Below the pieces are notes generated by a model, which was not told the DNA's origin, did not search any database, and saw nothing but the letters and a program-made list of their open reading frames with translations. From positions 180,001-212,000 of the forward strand of contig BAAFHK010000001.1 in assembly GCA_042852035.1 (NCBI GenBank): a stretch of 32,000 bases of DNA. Reading direction: 5' to 3'. The stretch is from Candidatus Saccharimonadota bacterium (GTDB taxonomy: Bacteria > Patescibacteriota > Gracilibacteria > BD1-5 > UBA2023). A program made the position numbers and the translations under genes. Position 1 is the stretch's first letter; each line of letters opens with the position of its first letter. Positions 9,104 to 18,696 of the stretch are shown in pieces.

Positions 9104-10585
9104 TTAATCGAGCAACTTACTCATGTAATAGTCCACGGGTGCATAATCATCTGTGATTCTTGGAAGATCATCGAGAATAGCTCACGTCCAAATAGTTGAG
9201 AGCATATTTTTTATATAAGGATCATGAGAATTAAGGTGAAAGCTATGAGGATCTTTGAGTCCAATAAGGATGATATTTTGCATGAGATTTCCATCAGTTT
9301 GACTTGAAGTTGGAAATACTATAACCTCAGGAAATATATCTTTAAAAGTATGATACTCCGAACGGAAGAACTCTCAGGTCTCACCATCAAGCGAAGAAAT
9401 TAAATTTAGGATGAGAACTCCACTTTCAGTAAGGCTATCATATTGTTTTTGTATTGCTTCACTGGTAGTTAGTTGGTATGGAATTGAGAACCAAGAGGTG
9501 AATGCATCACCAAATATAGCATCATATTTGGTAGAAGTTTTATTGAGATAAACTCTTGCATCTTCATGATATATTTTAAGTCTTGGGTCCTCCTTGAGAA
9601 AGAAGTATTGTTTTGCAACTTCTGTAATTCAAGGATCTATTTCAACTACATCTATGGTTTTTCATGAATAGGTATTAAGATATTCTTTTGGGAAAGAGTA
9701 TCATGCCCCACCTATCATGAGTGCATGTTGAAAATCTGGAAAAAAATGTCGAATGAGATGATAGTATTCAGTATAATGATTAATGAGCCTATTTGATTCA
9801 AGAGACATAGACGAGTGATTTTCTACGTTTATTTTTAGCATCCGAACTCGTTCGTTCAATCTTGGATTCATTCCCTCGATAACTTGCACATGACTATACA
9901 TAGTATCTCTTTCGTCGATTATATTCGGGCTCGCAGAAGTATTTTTATATAACCCAACGAACAAAAGAAATAACGAAAGAGAAATGATTTTAAAATATTT
10001 TTTATCATGAGAATCTACCAAAAGACTGAGTATCCCAAGAATAATAGGAAGAGACGCAAGAATCGTTGATATTCCAAAAGTTGGAATAAGATAGAATCAG
10101 GTAATAAATGTTCCTAGAATACTTCCAATTGTTCAAAGAGCTGACATGTTTCCAATGATTGTGCCAGTTTCCTTTTCTCCAATGAGACGAAGTTTTAATG
10201 CGTATGGTGAAATCATCCCGAGAAAGACACTTGCAGGAAAAAAGAGAATCATCGCTGCAATTACTGATCATATCCGAATACTATGAATAGTAGCAGTAAG
10301 ATATCCTAGAAGAGGAATTCGAATAATATAAGTAATAGCTATAGAAATGCTTGCGAGAAGTAACATACTTGAGAGTATCGCTTTTCGGGCATCTTTTTTG
10401 TCTGCAAGTTTTCCTCAGAGAGAATACCCTAGGGAAAGGCTCGCAAGTATTATTCCAATCATCGCTGTCCAAACAAAAATTGATGTTCCATAGTAAGGTC
10501 AGAGAACTCGAGCTCACACAACCTCGTACGTAAGTACTACGAAACCAGAAATAAAAACAGTGACTTCAAATATTTTTTTATTCAT
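9104..10585 (-). CDS. 493-aa spermidine-synthase-like (PABS/class I SAM-MTase fold) protein fused to an N-terminal polytopic membrane domain
   Basis: ATG 10583-10585, TAA (rc) 9104-9106. I checked every in-frame triplet over 9104-9703 and found no TAA/TAG. The N-terminal ~190 aa are hydrophobic. The C-terminal part reads ...ALMIGGAGYSFPKEYLNTYSGKTIDVVEIDPGITEVAKQYF...YDAIFGDAF.... Confidence 0.75.
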
Positions 10586-10681
10586 GCAATGATTATCCTT
10601 ATTTTGTTTATGAAATCAAAACATATAAGCTTTTTTATTTTTTAAAACTCGGTATACTCGGTATCTATAGATAGTTTGACT

Positions 10682-11338
10682 ATGAAAATGCTCCCTCTCC
10701 TGATTTTCATCTGTGTCTTTTGTTTTTCAACTTGCTCGAAAATAGAGGGGAATAGTGTCGAAAAATGAAAGAGAAGTTCTTCGGGTACTATACTTGCTCT
10801 CGGGGATTCTCTTACGGCATGATACTGACTTCCTCAATCTGAAAGTTATCCTTCACAGCTAGAAAAGAAATTAAATGATAATTCGTACAATTATAGAATC
10901 ATAAATGCATGAATTTCATGAGATACAACTGCATGACTTCTCGCAAGGATAGACTGGGTACTTGAGGGAGGCGCTCCATCAGTTAGTATACTTTGCATAG
11001 GCTCAAATGATGCCTTTCAATGAAAGCCAGTAGAGGAAATCGAAAGAAATATTCGTACAATTATAGAACGAATACAGTCCAAAAATATACCAATACTTTT
11101 TGCCTGAATGAAAGCACCTCTGAATCTTGGTCCTGAGTATGCAACATCTTATGAGTGAATCTTTCCAAAGATTGCAAAAGAATATAATATTGCATATATA
11201 CCATTTTTACTTGAGTGAGTTGCTCTTAATCCCGAATTGAATCAGGAAGATCGTATTCATCCTACGGCATCATGATATGCGGTGGTTACAAATACTGTCT
11301 ATAATGCACTTATAAAAAATAACCTTATTTTCAAATAG
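10682..11338 (+). CDS. SGNH/GDSL hydrolase lipoprotein (TesA/arylesterase-like)
   Basis: Signal plus Cys (FCFSTCS). Block I LALGDSLTAGYGL (two of the Gly are TGA, at 10820-10822 and 10826-10828). Block II NAGISGDTT. Block III GSND. Block V DRIHP. TAG 11336-11338. Confidence 0.85.
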
Positions 11339-11339
11339 C

Positions 11340-11963
11340 ATGGAGCAAGTCAATATATTTCCAGGATATCAGATACTCATAACCCATATAAGTGACTGAG
11401 ACATGAGGGACGTGCAGAACTTTCCTCACATTATACGTTCAGTGCCTCAAGTGCATGGCACTGAAATTGTAGAATTTCACGGAAAACCAGATGAGAGAAT
11501 TTCAGGAGTGGATGGTATATATACCAAAATTCCTAATGTGAGTATTGGCGGACTTTCTGCTGACTGTCCTGTTATTCTTTTTATGTGAAGGGGTGAAATT
11601 GCCGCAGTTCATAGCTGATGGCGTGGCACAAAAGCTCATATTATTAGAAATGTAGTTCCATTTTTTGAAAATACTCCCCTTAGTGAATTAAAGGTGTATA
11701 TTGGTCCACATATTCAGAAGAACTCATATGAAGTGCGCGAGGACTTTTTTATAAATTTCCCAGAAACGTATATAGAAAAGATTAATGATAAGTTTTATTT
11801 TGATATAGAAGCCTATCTTGTTGATGACCTTATTTTAATGGGGATAAAAAGAGAAAATATTTATTCGCACGGAGCAGATACTCTTACGAAAGCTTATTAC
11901 TATAGCTATAGGCGGGATGGGATGATTTGAGATGGATGTATTTCTCTTAAAATGATTTTTTAA
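11340..11963 (+). CDS. pgeF: PgeF/YfiH family (DUF152, Cu-oxidase_4) purine nucleoside phosphorylase / peptidoglycan editing factor
   Basis: Motifs QVHGTEIV, SADCPVILF, AVHSGWRGT and YYYSYRRDG, in frame with track fragments 11403-11588 and 11694-11930. TAA 11961-11963. Confidence 0.8.
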
Positions 11964-11966
11964 ACT

Positions 11967-12629
11967 ATGATTACTCTGAAGCATATTGCAAAAACCTATA
12001 TTTCAAGGGGTGAAAAGGTAGAGCTTTTTCAAGATCTTTCTTGGGAAATCCAAAAATGATCGTGGGTTGCTCTCATGGGGGCAAGTTGAGCTGGAAAATC
12101 TACTCTTTTATCGCTTATTGCAGGGATACAAAGTCCAGATGCCTGAGAAATATATCTTTCTGATACAAACATTACTGATTTTACTCGCGATGCAATGACC
12201 GAATATCGCGGAAAGCATATTGCTTTTATTTTTCAGGCCTTTGAGCTCATTCCGAATCTTACCGTGAGTGAAAATATCGACCTCGTTTTGGATATCTCTA
12301 AAGCAGAAAGGAGATACGAGTCGGAAGTAATACTTGAAAAAGTGTGACTGAAATGAAAGGGGAATCGCTATCCGAATGAGCTTTCTTGAGGGGAACAGCA
12401 ACGAGTCGCTATCGCTCGAGCCTTTGTTTCTAAAGTTCCGTTTCTCTTTGCAGATGAGCCAACGGGGAATCTTGATGAAAAAAATGCAGAAAAAATCATG
12501 AGCCTTATCCGAGATCTCCATGAGGAAACAAAAAATACCATCATTATGATTACTCATGATCCATGAGTCGCGAGCCATGCAGATGCTATTTTTCGACTTT
12601 CATGAGGTACTTTAATGAAAGATAAATAA
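11967..12629 (+). CDS. ABC transporter ATP-binding protein (LolD/MacB/FtsE-like)
   Basis: Walker A GASGAGKST (TGA 12087-12089 is the 4th residue). Q-loop FIFQAF. Signature LSGGEQQR (TGA 12387-12389). Walker [14 protein letters not shown]-loop ITHD. TAA 12627-12629. Confidence 0.9.
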
Positions 12630-12631
12630 AT

Positions 12632-15010
12632 ATGTATACCCTCTTCACTCGCATTATCCTTTCGAATTGGCGATCTATACTCGTTCTCTTTCTTGTTCTC
12701 ATCTTTTCTGGCACGAGTTTTCTCACGCTCAGAGAGGTTACGACGAATGTTGATGCTTTTGTGATTTCGAAAACAAAACCCCTCTTTTGAGCTGATATTC
12801 GTATCTCAGTGCGCAGTTATGCGAGTGGGGATATTTTCCCGATGATTGCACCGCTTCTCGTATGAGAGCAATTTCAGGTGAGTGAAAGGAGAGAGTTTTC
12901 GACGACCCTTTTTGATCGTGAAGGGAAGACCTGACTCCTCCAGGTTGTCGCCTATAGTGGGAGTTATCCACAGCGGGGAATACTCGAAACAGATCCTCTG
13001 AGAGAGTGAGGAAGTCTTCCTCGTGTCGCGGCCACTCCTGGACTCATCGAGAAATTCGCGAGTGGTGAGAAGCTCACCCTTGATGGCAGGCTCCTCGAAA
13101 TTACTCACTCGATCAAGGAATCGAGTGACCTCGGATTTTCTCTCGGAACAGAGAATCATCTCCTTATTCTCCCGAGTGAACTCCTCCTCGGATCTTCGCT
13201 CCTTTCTTCCTGATCTCGACTCGATCAGGATCTCCTCCTCTCGTTTAGAGATGAATGAAGGACGAAGATTATTGCTGAAAAAATCAAAGAAGTACTCCCA
13301 GAAAATATCTATAGAGTGCGTACATTCGAAGAGCGAACGGAGAGAAATCTCGATACCGTCGACGCACTTACTGACTATATCACGCTCATCCTCCTTGTCT
13401 CAAGTATTTTTGCATTCATAATTCTCCGCTCCGCTCATGAAGGATTCTATGAGAGCCTCGCTCGTACTCTCCGTGTCGTCGAAATCCTCGGACTTACTCG
13501 GAGGCGAGAGCAGATGCTCCTTCTCTGGCTCTATGGATCTATTTTTCCGCTCTCATTTCTCGTATCGATCGGATTTTCATATGTGATTCTTACTATGATT
13601 CGCAGCTTTCCAGAGGCGAGTGATTTTACCTTTTATATAGCTACTATACCAGAGGCTCTTATCCTCCTCCTTCTTCTCGTGGTAATGGCGTGGTTTCCTA
13701 TTTGGTGGAAGCTCGGGAAAGATGAAAATAAATGAACAATTAAAGGACTCAAATCGTTCATTTTTAATTATCTCGTCCTCGATCGACTCCTCCCATTTTT
13801 CCTCGGACTCGTTGTCCTCTTTCTTCTTTTTTCTGACTGGAAATTCTCCCTCTTTGTATGAGCTGGAGCTGCACTGTTCTTTCTTATCTTCGGATATCTC
13901 CTCGGTCTCATCTATCGAGCCATTTTTTCACTTTCGAAGTGACTCAGAGGATGATATTTTCCTTTCTATGACGCGATTCGTACTCTTGTGCGACCCCTCA
14001 CTCCGACCATCCCGATTACGATTTCTCTCGTCTCTATCACAGTATTTTTCCTCGTTTTTGTGAGTTTTTCCCTTGCATTTCGATCGAAACTTCAGATTGA
14101 CTCGACGAATACTGCCAATATCTACGCCATTAACATCCTCGAAGGGGATAAGGAAAAAATCGAAGCCCTCAAGAGTGAAAATTCCCTCATGTATGATATC
14201 CTCAGAGCTCGCGTCATACAGATAAATGGAAACACTCTGGAAAAACACTTCTCGACCGATCGAGTGAGTGGGGAATTCACGAGAGAGTTCAATATCACGA
14301 CCACCCCTCTCGAGAATCGTATCCTCTCCTGAAAGAAAGTGATAGGGAAGTGAGAAGTATCCATCGATAATGACTTCAGTAAACGCATGAACCTCTCCAT
14401 CTGAGATCGAGTGACCTTCCTCCTCTCGGGGCGAGAGGTTACGCTCACGGTGGCAAATATCCGCGAATCCATCCGTGAAGGATTCCGACCATTTTTCTAT
14501 TTTTCTTTTGATCCAAACGAGTTCAGAAATGCTCCGCGCACCTACTTTCTCGCGGACAATGCTCCAGATACTGAAGCATGGAAAAAGTCTGTTCTTGCTG
14601 CTTCCTGACCGCACGTGACCTTCATCGATATCGAAAGTGTCCTCAAGATCGTGAGAGACATTTCTGCGAAAGTCTTCTCGATTATCGGACTCTTCTTCGC
14701 TATAGTATCTCTCTTCGCACTCGGGGCAATTATATCTTTCTTTACCCGACTGAGACCAATCGAAGAAATAAAACATAAACTCTATCATCTCTTTTGAGCG
14801 AATAAAAAAGAGATACAAACTTCACTTCGATGAGTTAGAATGGGTATTTTTTGAGTATCCTTTATTCTTTCGGCAATCCTTGGGTTCATTCTTTCATTTT
14901 TAATACTCTCTCGTTCAGGGTTTTTTCGATTTTCTGTTGGTGATTTTTTCTTTCTACTCAGTACGGCACTCATTCTTTATATTATATTAATAGTATCCCA
15001 GAAAAAATAA
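12632..15010 (+). CDS. 792-aa ABC transporter permease with two FtsX domains (YbbP-like)
   Basis: Frame-2 ORF joining track fragments 13316-13735, 13988-14332, 14411-14608 and 14615-14797. 17 in-frame TGA by my count. N-terminal TM then ...KPLFGADIRISV.... Two 3-4 helix FtsX-like hydrophobic blocks (about 13380-13720 and 14640-15000). TAA 15008-15010. Confidence 0.8.
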
Positions 15011-15066
15011 CTTGCTTTCATTTCATTATTTCATAAAATGATAAAGTGATCACATCCAAAGATACT

Positions 15067-15390
15067 ATGACTCCACTTGAGCAAATACAAAAAGAGATGT
15101 TTGAGAAAGAGGATATGCTCGGGGAAATGGCAGATGTATTCGGCGCACTCGCTTCTGACTGCCGACTCGAAATCATCTACCTCCTCCTTCGAGTAGATTC
15201 TCTCCCTTCCTGAGAAATAGGTCGCCTCACGAACTGTACTCCATCACAGACTTCCCAGTACCTCGCGAAGATGTACGATGCGGGAATACTCAGGAAGCAC
15301 AGAACCTGGAAGCAAGTCGAGTACTCACTCGATAAGAGCGATCCATTTGTACAAGGGATTATCTCTATCCTCTCGATGTATATGAAATAA
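15067..15390 (+). CDS. ArsR/SmtB-family winged-helix transcriptional regulator (107 aa)
   Basis: ...MADVFGALASDCRLEIIYLLLRVDSLPSGEIGRLTNCTPSQTSQYLAKMYDAGILRKHRTWKQVEYSL... is the typical ArsR HTH layout. TAA 15388-15390. Confidence 0.8.
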
Positions 15391-15513
15391 GGAAATGTGC
15401 AAAAACTTTGAATCTCTTCGTCAGAAAAAATTATTTCTCAGTTACTTACCCTAAAAGTAAGCTCCTATCGAAAAATTTTTCCTTCCTCGACCTTCTTGTT
15501 TTTGCACATTTCC
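15391..15513. repeat. 123-bp intergenic element bounded by a perfect 16-bp inverted repeat
   Basis: GGAAATGTGCAAAAAC (15391-15406) and its exact reverse complement GTTTTTGCACATTTCC (15498-15513). Inside are a small hairpin CTTAC-CCTAAAA-GTAAG and the 12-nt palindrome GAAAAATTTTTC. Confidence 0.8.
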
Positions 15514-15545
15514 GATCCCTCGCTCAGGTTCTATAACTTACACGT

Positions 15546-16271
15546 ATGACACTATTTTTTCTTGCATTCTTTGCGGGTGTTTTAACCATCCTTGCTCCCT
15601 GCGTCCTGCCAGTATTGCCAGTCGTCCTCGCAGGCTCACTCACTGAGCGGCAGAGGTGGTATCCCTACATGGTGACGCTCTCACTCGCTCTCTCGGTTGT
15701 CCTCTTTACGGTCATCCTGAAGGCAACGACCACACTTATCTCGATTCCACCATCCTTCTGGAAGGTGCTCTCTGGAGGGATTCTTATCGCGCTCGGGCTC
15801 GTCTACTTCTTCCCACATGGGTGGGTATGGGTCGTGACTCGTCTCGGACTCGGTCGTTCAAATACCTCACTCGATAAAGTTCAAGACATAAGGAATCCTC
15901 TTATGAGGGCTATCGCAACGGGGGTAGCACTTGGTCCAGTATTCTCGACTTGTTCACCGACCTATGCCTTCCTCCTTGCGACCGTATTTCCCGTATCACT
16001 CATCGCAGGGATTTGCTATACGCTCATCTACGCCCTCGGGCTCTCTCTTATGCTTACCCTCATTTCGGTCGTTTGAAGGTCGATAATTGCCCGTTTTCGA
16101 GGAATCGCGGATGAAAAGGGATGGTTCAAGCGTTCCCTAGGAGTTATATTTCTCCTTATAGGAGTCGCGATTATCGCGGGATTTGATAAAAAAGTCGAAA
16201 CATGGGTACTTGAGAGGTTCGATGTGAGTGTGTGGGAACAGACGATATTTGATTCAGTGATGGATTGGTAG
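15546..16271 (+). CDS. ccdA: CcdA/DsbD-family transmembrane thiol-disulfide electron transporter (241 aa)
   Basis: MTLFFLAFFAGVLTILAPCVLPVLPV... (first conserved Cys in the APC motif), second Cys in GPVFSTCSPTY, six hydrophobic helices, one in-frame TGA (16074-16076). TAG 16269-16271. Confidence 0.8.
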
Positions 16272-16341
16272 ACGTTTCAAGTGGAAGGAAGCATGCTTCC
16301 TTGTCTTGAGATTTCTTCTCATTTTTTCTAACTTTTTTCTT

Positions 16342-17178
16342 ATGAAAATATTTTTTCTCCTCGCGAGTATCACCTTGCTCGCAAGCTGTACTTCTCAGAA
16401 GGACGTCACAACTCAGGTAGAAAGACCCCCAACTCCTTCTGTCACGGAGGTGCTATCTGCCCCAGCTGATGCGGCTGCGAAATTTGCACAGACAGAAGCT
16501 ATCGTCAAAGCCATGAAAAATGACGAGATGAATATCGTAAAGACGCTCTATCCAGATCTCATTCTCACCAAGAGCATCAAACGATGAGATCCTGAGATAC
16601 TTGCGATGATGGGGGATGAAGACTGGTACTATTCACCATCCTACGATGTGACGGTCGTCGTTTGTAAGGATATGAATACTCCGGCTCATGTTTTTGCCTG
16701 AAAAACACTCGGTGCTGATGAAACAGCAAAAATCCGAAAGATGCATGAAGATACGATGAAGATGATGGACGCGAGTGGTAGTATGATGATGGATCACTCG
16801 ATGCCTGGTGATATGATGCAAGATAATATGAAACCAGAAGTCCCAGTTGCACCAGAAGCAAAAATGATGAAGCCAACAGGATATATGAACTTTGATGAAA
16901 CAAAAGTGAAAGAGGCCCTCGCAAGCGGTCAGAAGGTAGCACTTTTTTTCCACGCGACGTGGTGTCCGACTTGTAAGGCTCTTGATAAATCCATTAATGC
17001 AGAACTTTCAAGCATTCCAAGCGATGCCCTCATCGTCAAAGTCGACTATGATACGAGTGCGGAGATGAAGCAAAAGTATGGCGTCACCTCACAGCATACG
17101 ACCGTACTTATCGATAAAGATATGAATCTCATATCCAAAAAGATAGGGGCACGAAATGTAGCTGAAGTATTGAATTAG
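16342..17178 (+). CDS. 278-aa thioredoxin-fold lipoprotein (Etrx/TlpA-like) with internal Met-rich tract
   Basis: Lipobox LLASC. WCPTC active site in ...VALFFHATWCPTCKALD.... Met-rich segment at 16741-16887. Two in-frame TGA. TAG 17176-17178. ATG 16342 preferred over the TTG at 16306 used by the track. Confidence 0.8.
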
Positions 17179-17194
17179 TTTTGTTGTATCCTCG

Positions 17195-17219
17195 GGATTC
17201 TGAGAAGAACTCAGAATCC
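17195..17219 (+). other. perfect 10-bp stem-loop between the thioredoxin lipoprotein gene and msrAB (no U-tract)
   Basis: GGATTCTGAG (17195-17204), loop AAGAA, CTCAGAATCC (17210-17219). Confidence 0.6.
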
Positions 17220-17243
17220 TCATGGATATAATCAACTCATTCT

Positions 17244-18653
17244 ATGAAATACACTCCAACATCGGAACCAAAACATTTCCACAAGCAAATTTTTATTCTT
17301 GTAATAATTGGTTTACTCGGATGAATCTTCTATTTTTTAAATCCAAAGAATATGGAAAATCATAATAATTCTTCCTCTGTCCCATTAGGAGAGAGTGTTT
17401 TTTCTCATGCCTATTTTGCCTGAGGTTGTTTCTGGTGTATGGAAGGGATTTTCGAAGCACAGACCGGCGTCATCGAGGCGGTTTCCGGGTACGCCGAAGG
17501 GGATGCGAGTGATGCCAATTATGATGCCGTCTCGAGCGGCATGACGAGGCACCGAGAAGCCGTCGAAGTGAAGTATAATCCTGAGCTGATATCTTTCGCG
17601 GCTCTCGTGGATCTCTTCTACACGCAGATAGATCCGACCCAGGCTGATGGGCAATTCGCTGATATCGGATTTCGCTATACGACGGCGGCGTACTACCAAA
17701 ATGATGAAGAGAAATCTGTCATCGAATCCGCGAAAGCAACCCTCGAAGCTTCAAAAAAGTATGATAAGCCGATTGCGGTGCAAACGGTTCCGTTTACGAC
17801 CTTTTTTCCAGCCGAGGAATATCACCAGGACTACTATAAAAAATCCGCTTTCAGGTATAGTCTCTACAAAAAGGGAAGTGGACGAGCAGGATTCATCGAG
17901 AAAAATGGTGAAGTCGGCGCGACCCTCTCCCAGTACCGAGACTATGATGCGACGATTCTTCCGACGCTCAAGGATAAGAAAATTCTTCTCTTTTTTCATG
18001 CGGATTGGTGTCCGACCTGTCGAAATTTCGAGAAACAAATCAGTGAATGAAACCTTCCGAGTGATGTGATAATACTCAAGGTGGACTATGACACGGCGAC
18101 CGAACTCAAGAAAAAATATAGCATCCTCTCGCAATCAAGCTGGGTACAAATCGATACCACAGGGAAAATGTATAAGCGTTGGCTCGGGAAATCGAACCTG
18201 AAAGATATCCTCGACGAGACACTTTCTCCGAAGGACATGCTTTCTGAGAAACTCACCCCTCTCCAGTATGAAGTGACGCAGATGGGTGGTACTGAGAAAC
18301 CGTTTGACAATGAATACTGGGATCATCACGAAGCAGGGATCTATGTCGATATCGTCGATGGGACACCACTTTTTTCTTCTCTTGATAAATTCGATTCTGG
18401 AACAGGATGGCCGAGTTTTACCCGTCCAATCGATGAGGCGCTCGTGAGTGAACATGCTGATGACAAATTCGGGATGATTCGTACTGAAGTGAAAAGTACG
18501 GGCGGATCGCATCTTGGTCATGTCTTCGATGATGGTCCGAGTGGTTCTGGAGGACTCAGATACTGTATCAATTCTGCCGCACTTAGGTTTGTGCCTGTGG
18601 CAGATCTCGAGAAAGAGGGATATGGGAAGTATAAAGAATTGTTTGAAAAATAG
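17244..18653 (+). CDS. msrAB: membrane-anchored MsrA-thioredoxin-MsrB fusion (peptide methionine sulfoxide reductase A/B, 469 aa)
   Basis: - N-terminal TM helix [17 protein letters not shown].
- Msr[14 protein letters not shown] (TGA 17421-17423).
- ...[10 protein letters not shown].
- Internal Trx [15 protein letters not shown].
- Msr[46 protein letters not shown].
- Joins track ORFs 17439-18050 and 18066-18653. Confidence 0.9.
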
Positions 18654-18654
18654 T

Positions 18655-18686
18655 AAAAAATACCCACAGATGTGGGTATTTTTTAA
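18655..18686. terminator. bidirectional hairpin terminator (msrAB / convergent esterase gene)
   Basis: TACCCAC (18661-18667), loop AGAT, GTGGGTA (18672-18678), flanked by an A-run and a T-run. Confidence 0.8.
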
Positions 18687-18696
18687 AAATGAATTT

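Noticed and set aside
10647-10664. Tandem 9-mer ACTCGGTAT x2 upstream of the SGNH hydrolase gene.
   Set aside because: There are only two copies in an intergenic region. It may simply embed a TATACT -10 element, with no further support for a regulatory role.
12108-12578. 156-aa minus-strand ORF.
   Set aside because: It is antisense to the ABC ATPase, which has Walker A/B and signature motifs.
13928-14818. 296-aa minus-strand ORF, the longest in the supplied track.
   Set aside because: It is antisense to the FtsX permease frame, which has recognisable TM and family features. Its product is low-complexity and charged (SEE/RDR-rich), with no start context. It is an artefact of a GC-richer region lacking stops.
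15031-15041. TCAT-AAA-ATGA palindrome upstream of arsR as an ArsR operator.
   Set aside because: It has only 4-bp arms in AT-rich DNA, far below the 12-2-12 sites typical of ArsR/SmtB operators.
15391-15513. The inverted repeat as a plain intrinsic terminator for arsR.
   Set aside because: The loop would be 91 nt and no U-tract follows the 3' arm. It is kept as a finding of unknown function instead.
16306-16341. TTG start at 16306 for the thioredoxin lipoprotein, as in the track.
   Set aside because: ATG at 16342 gives a canonical lipoprotein signal (MKIFFLLASITLLASC). The upstream extension adds an atypical hydrophobic leader.
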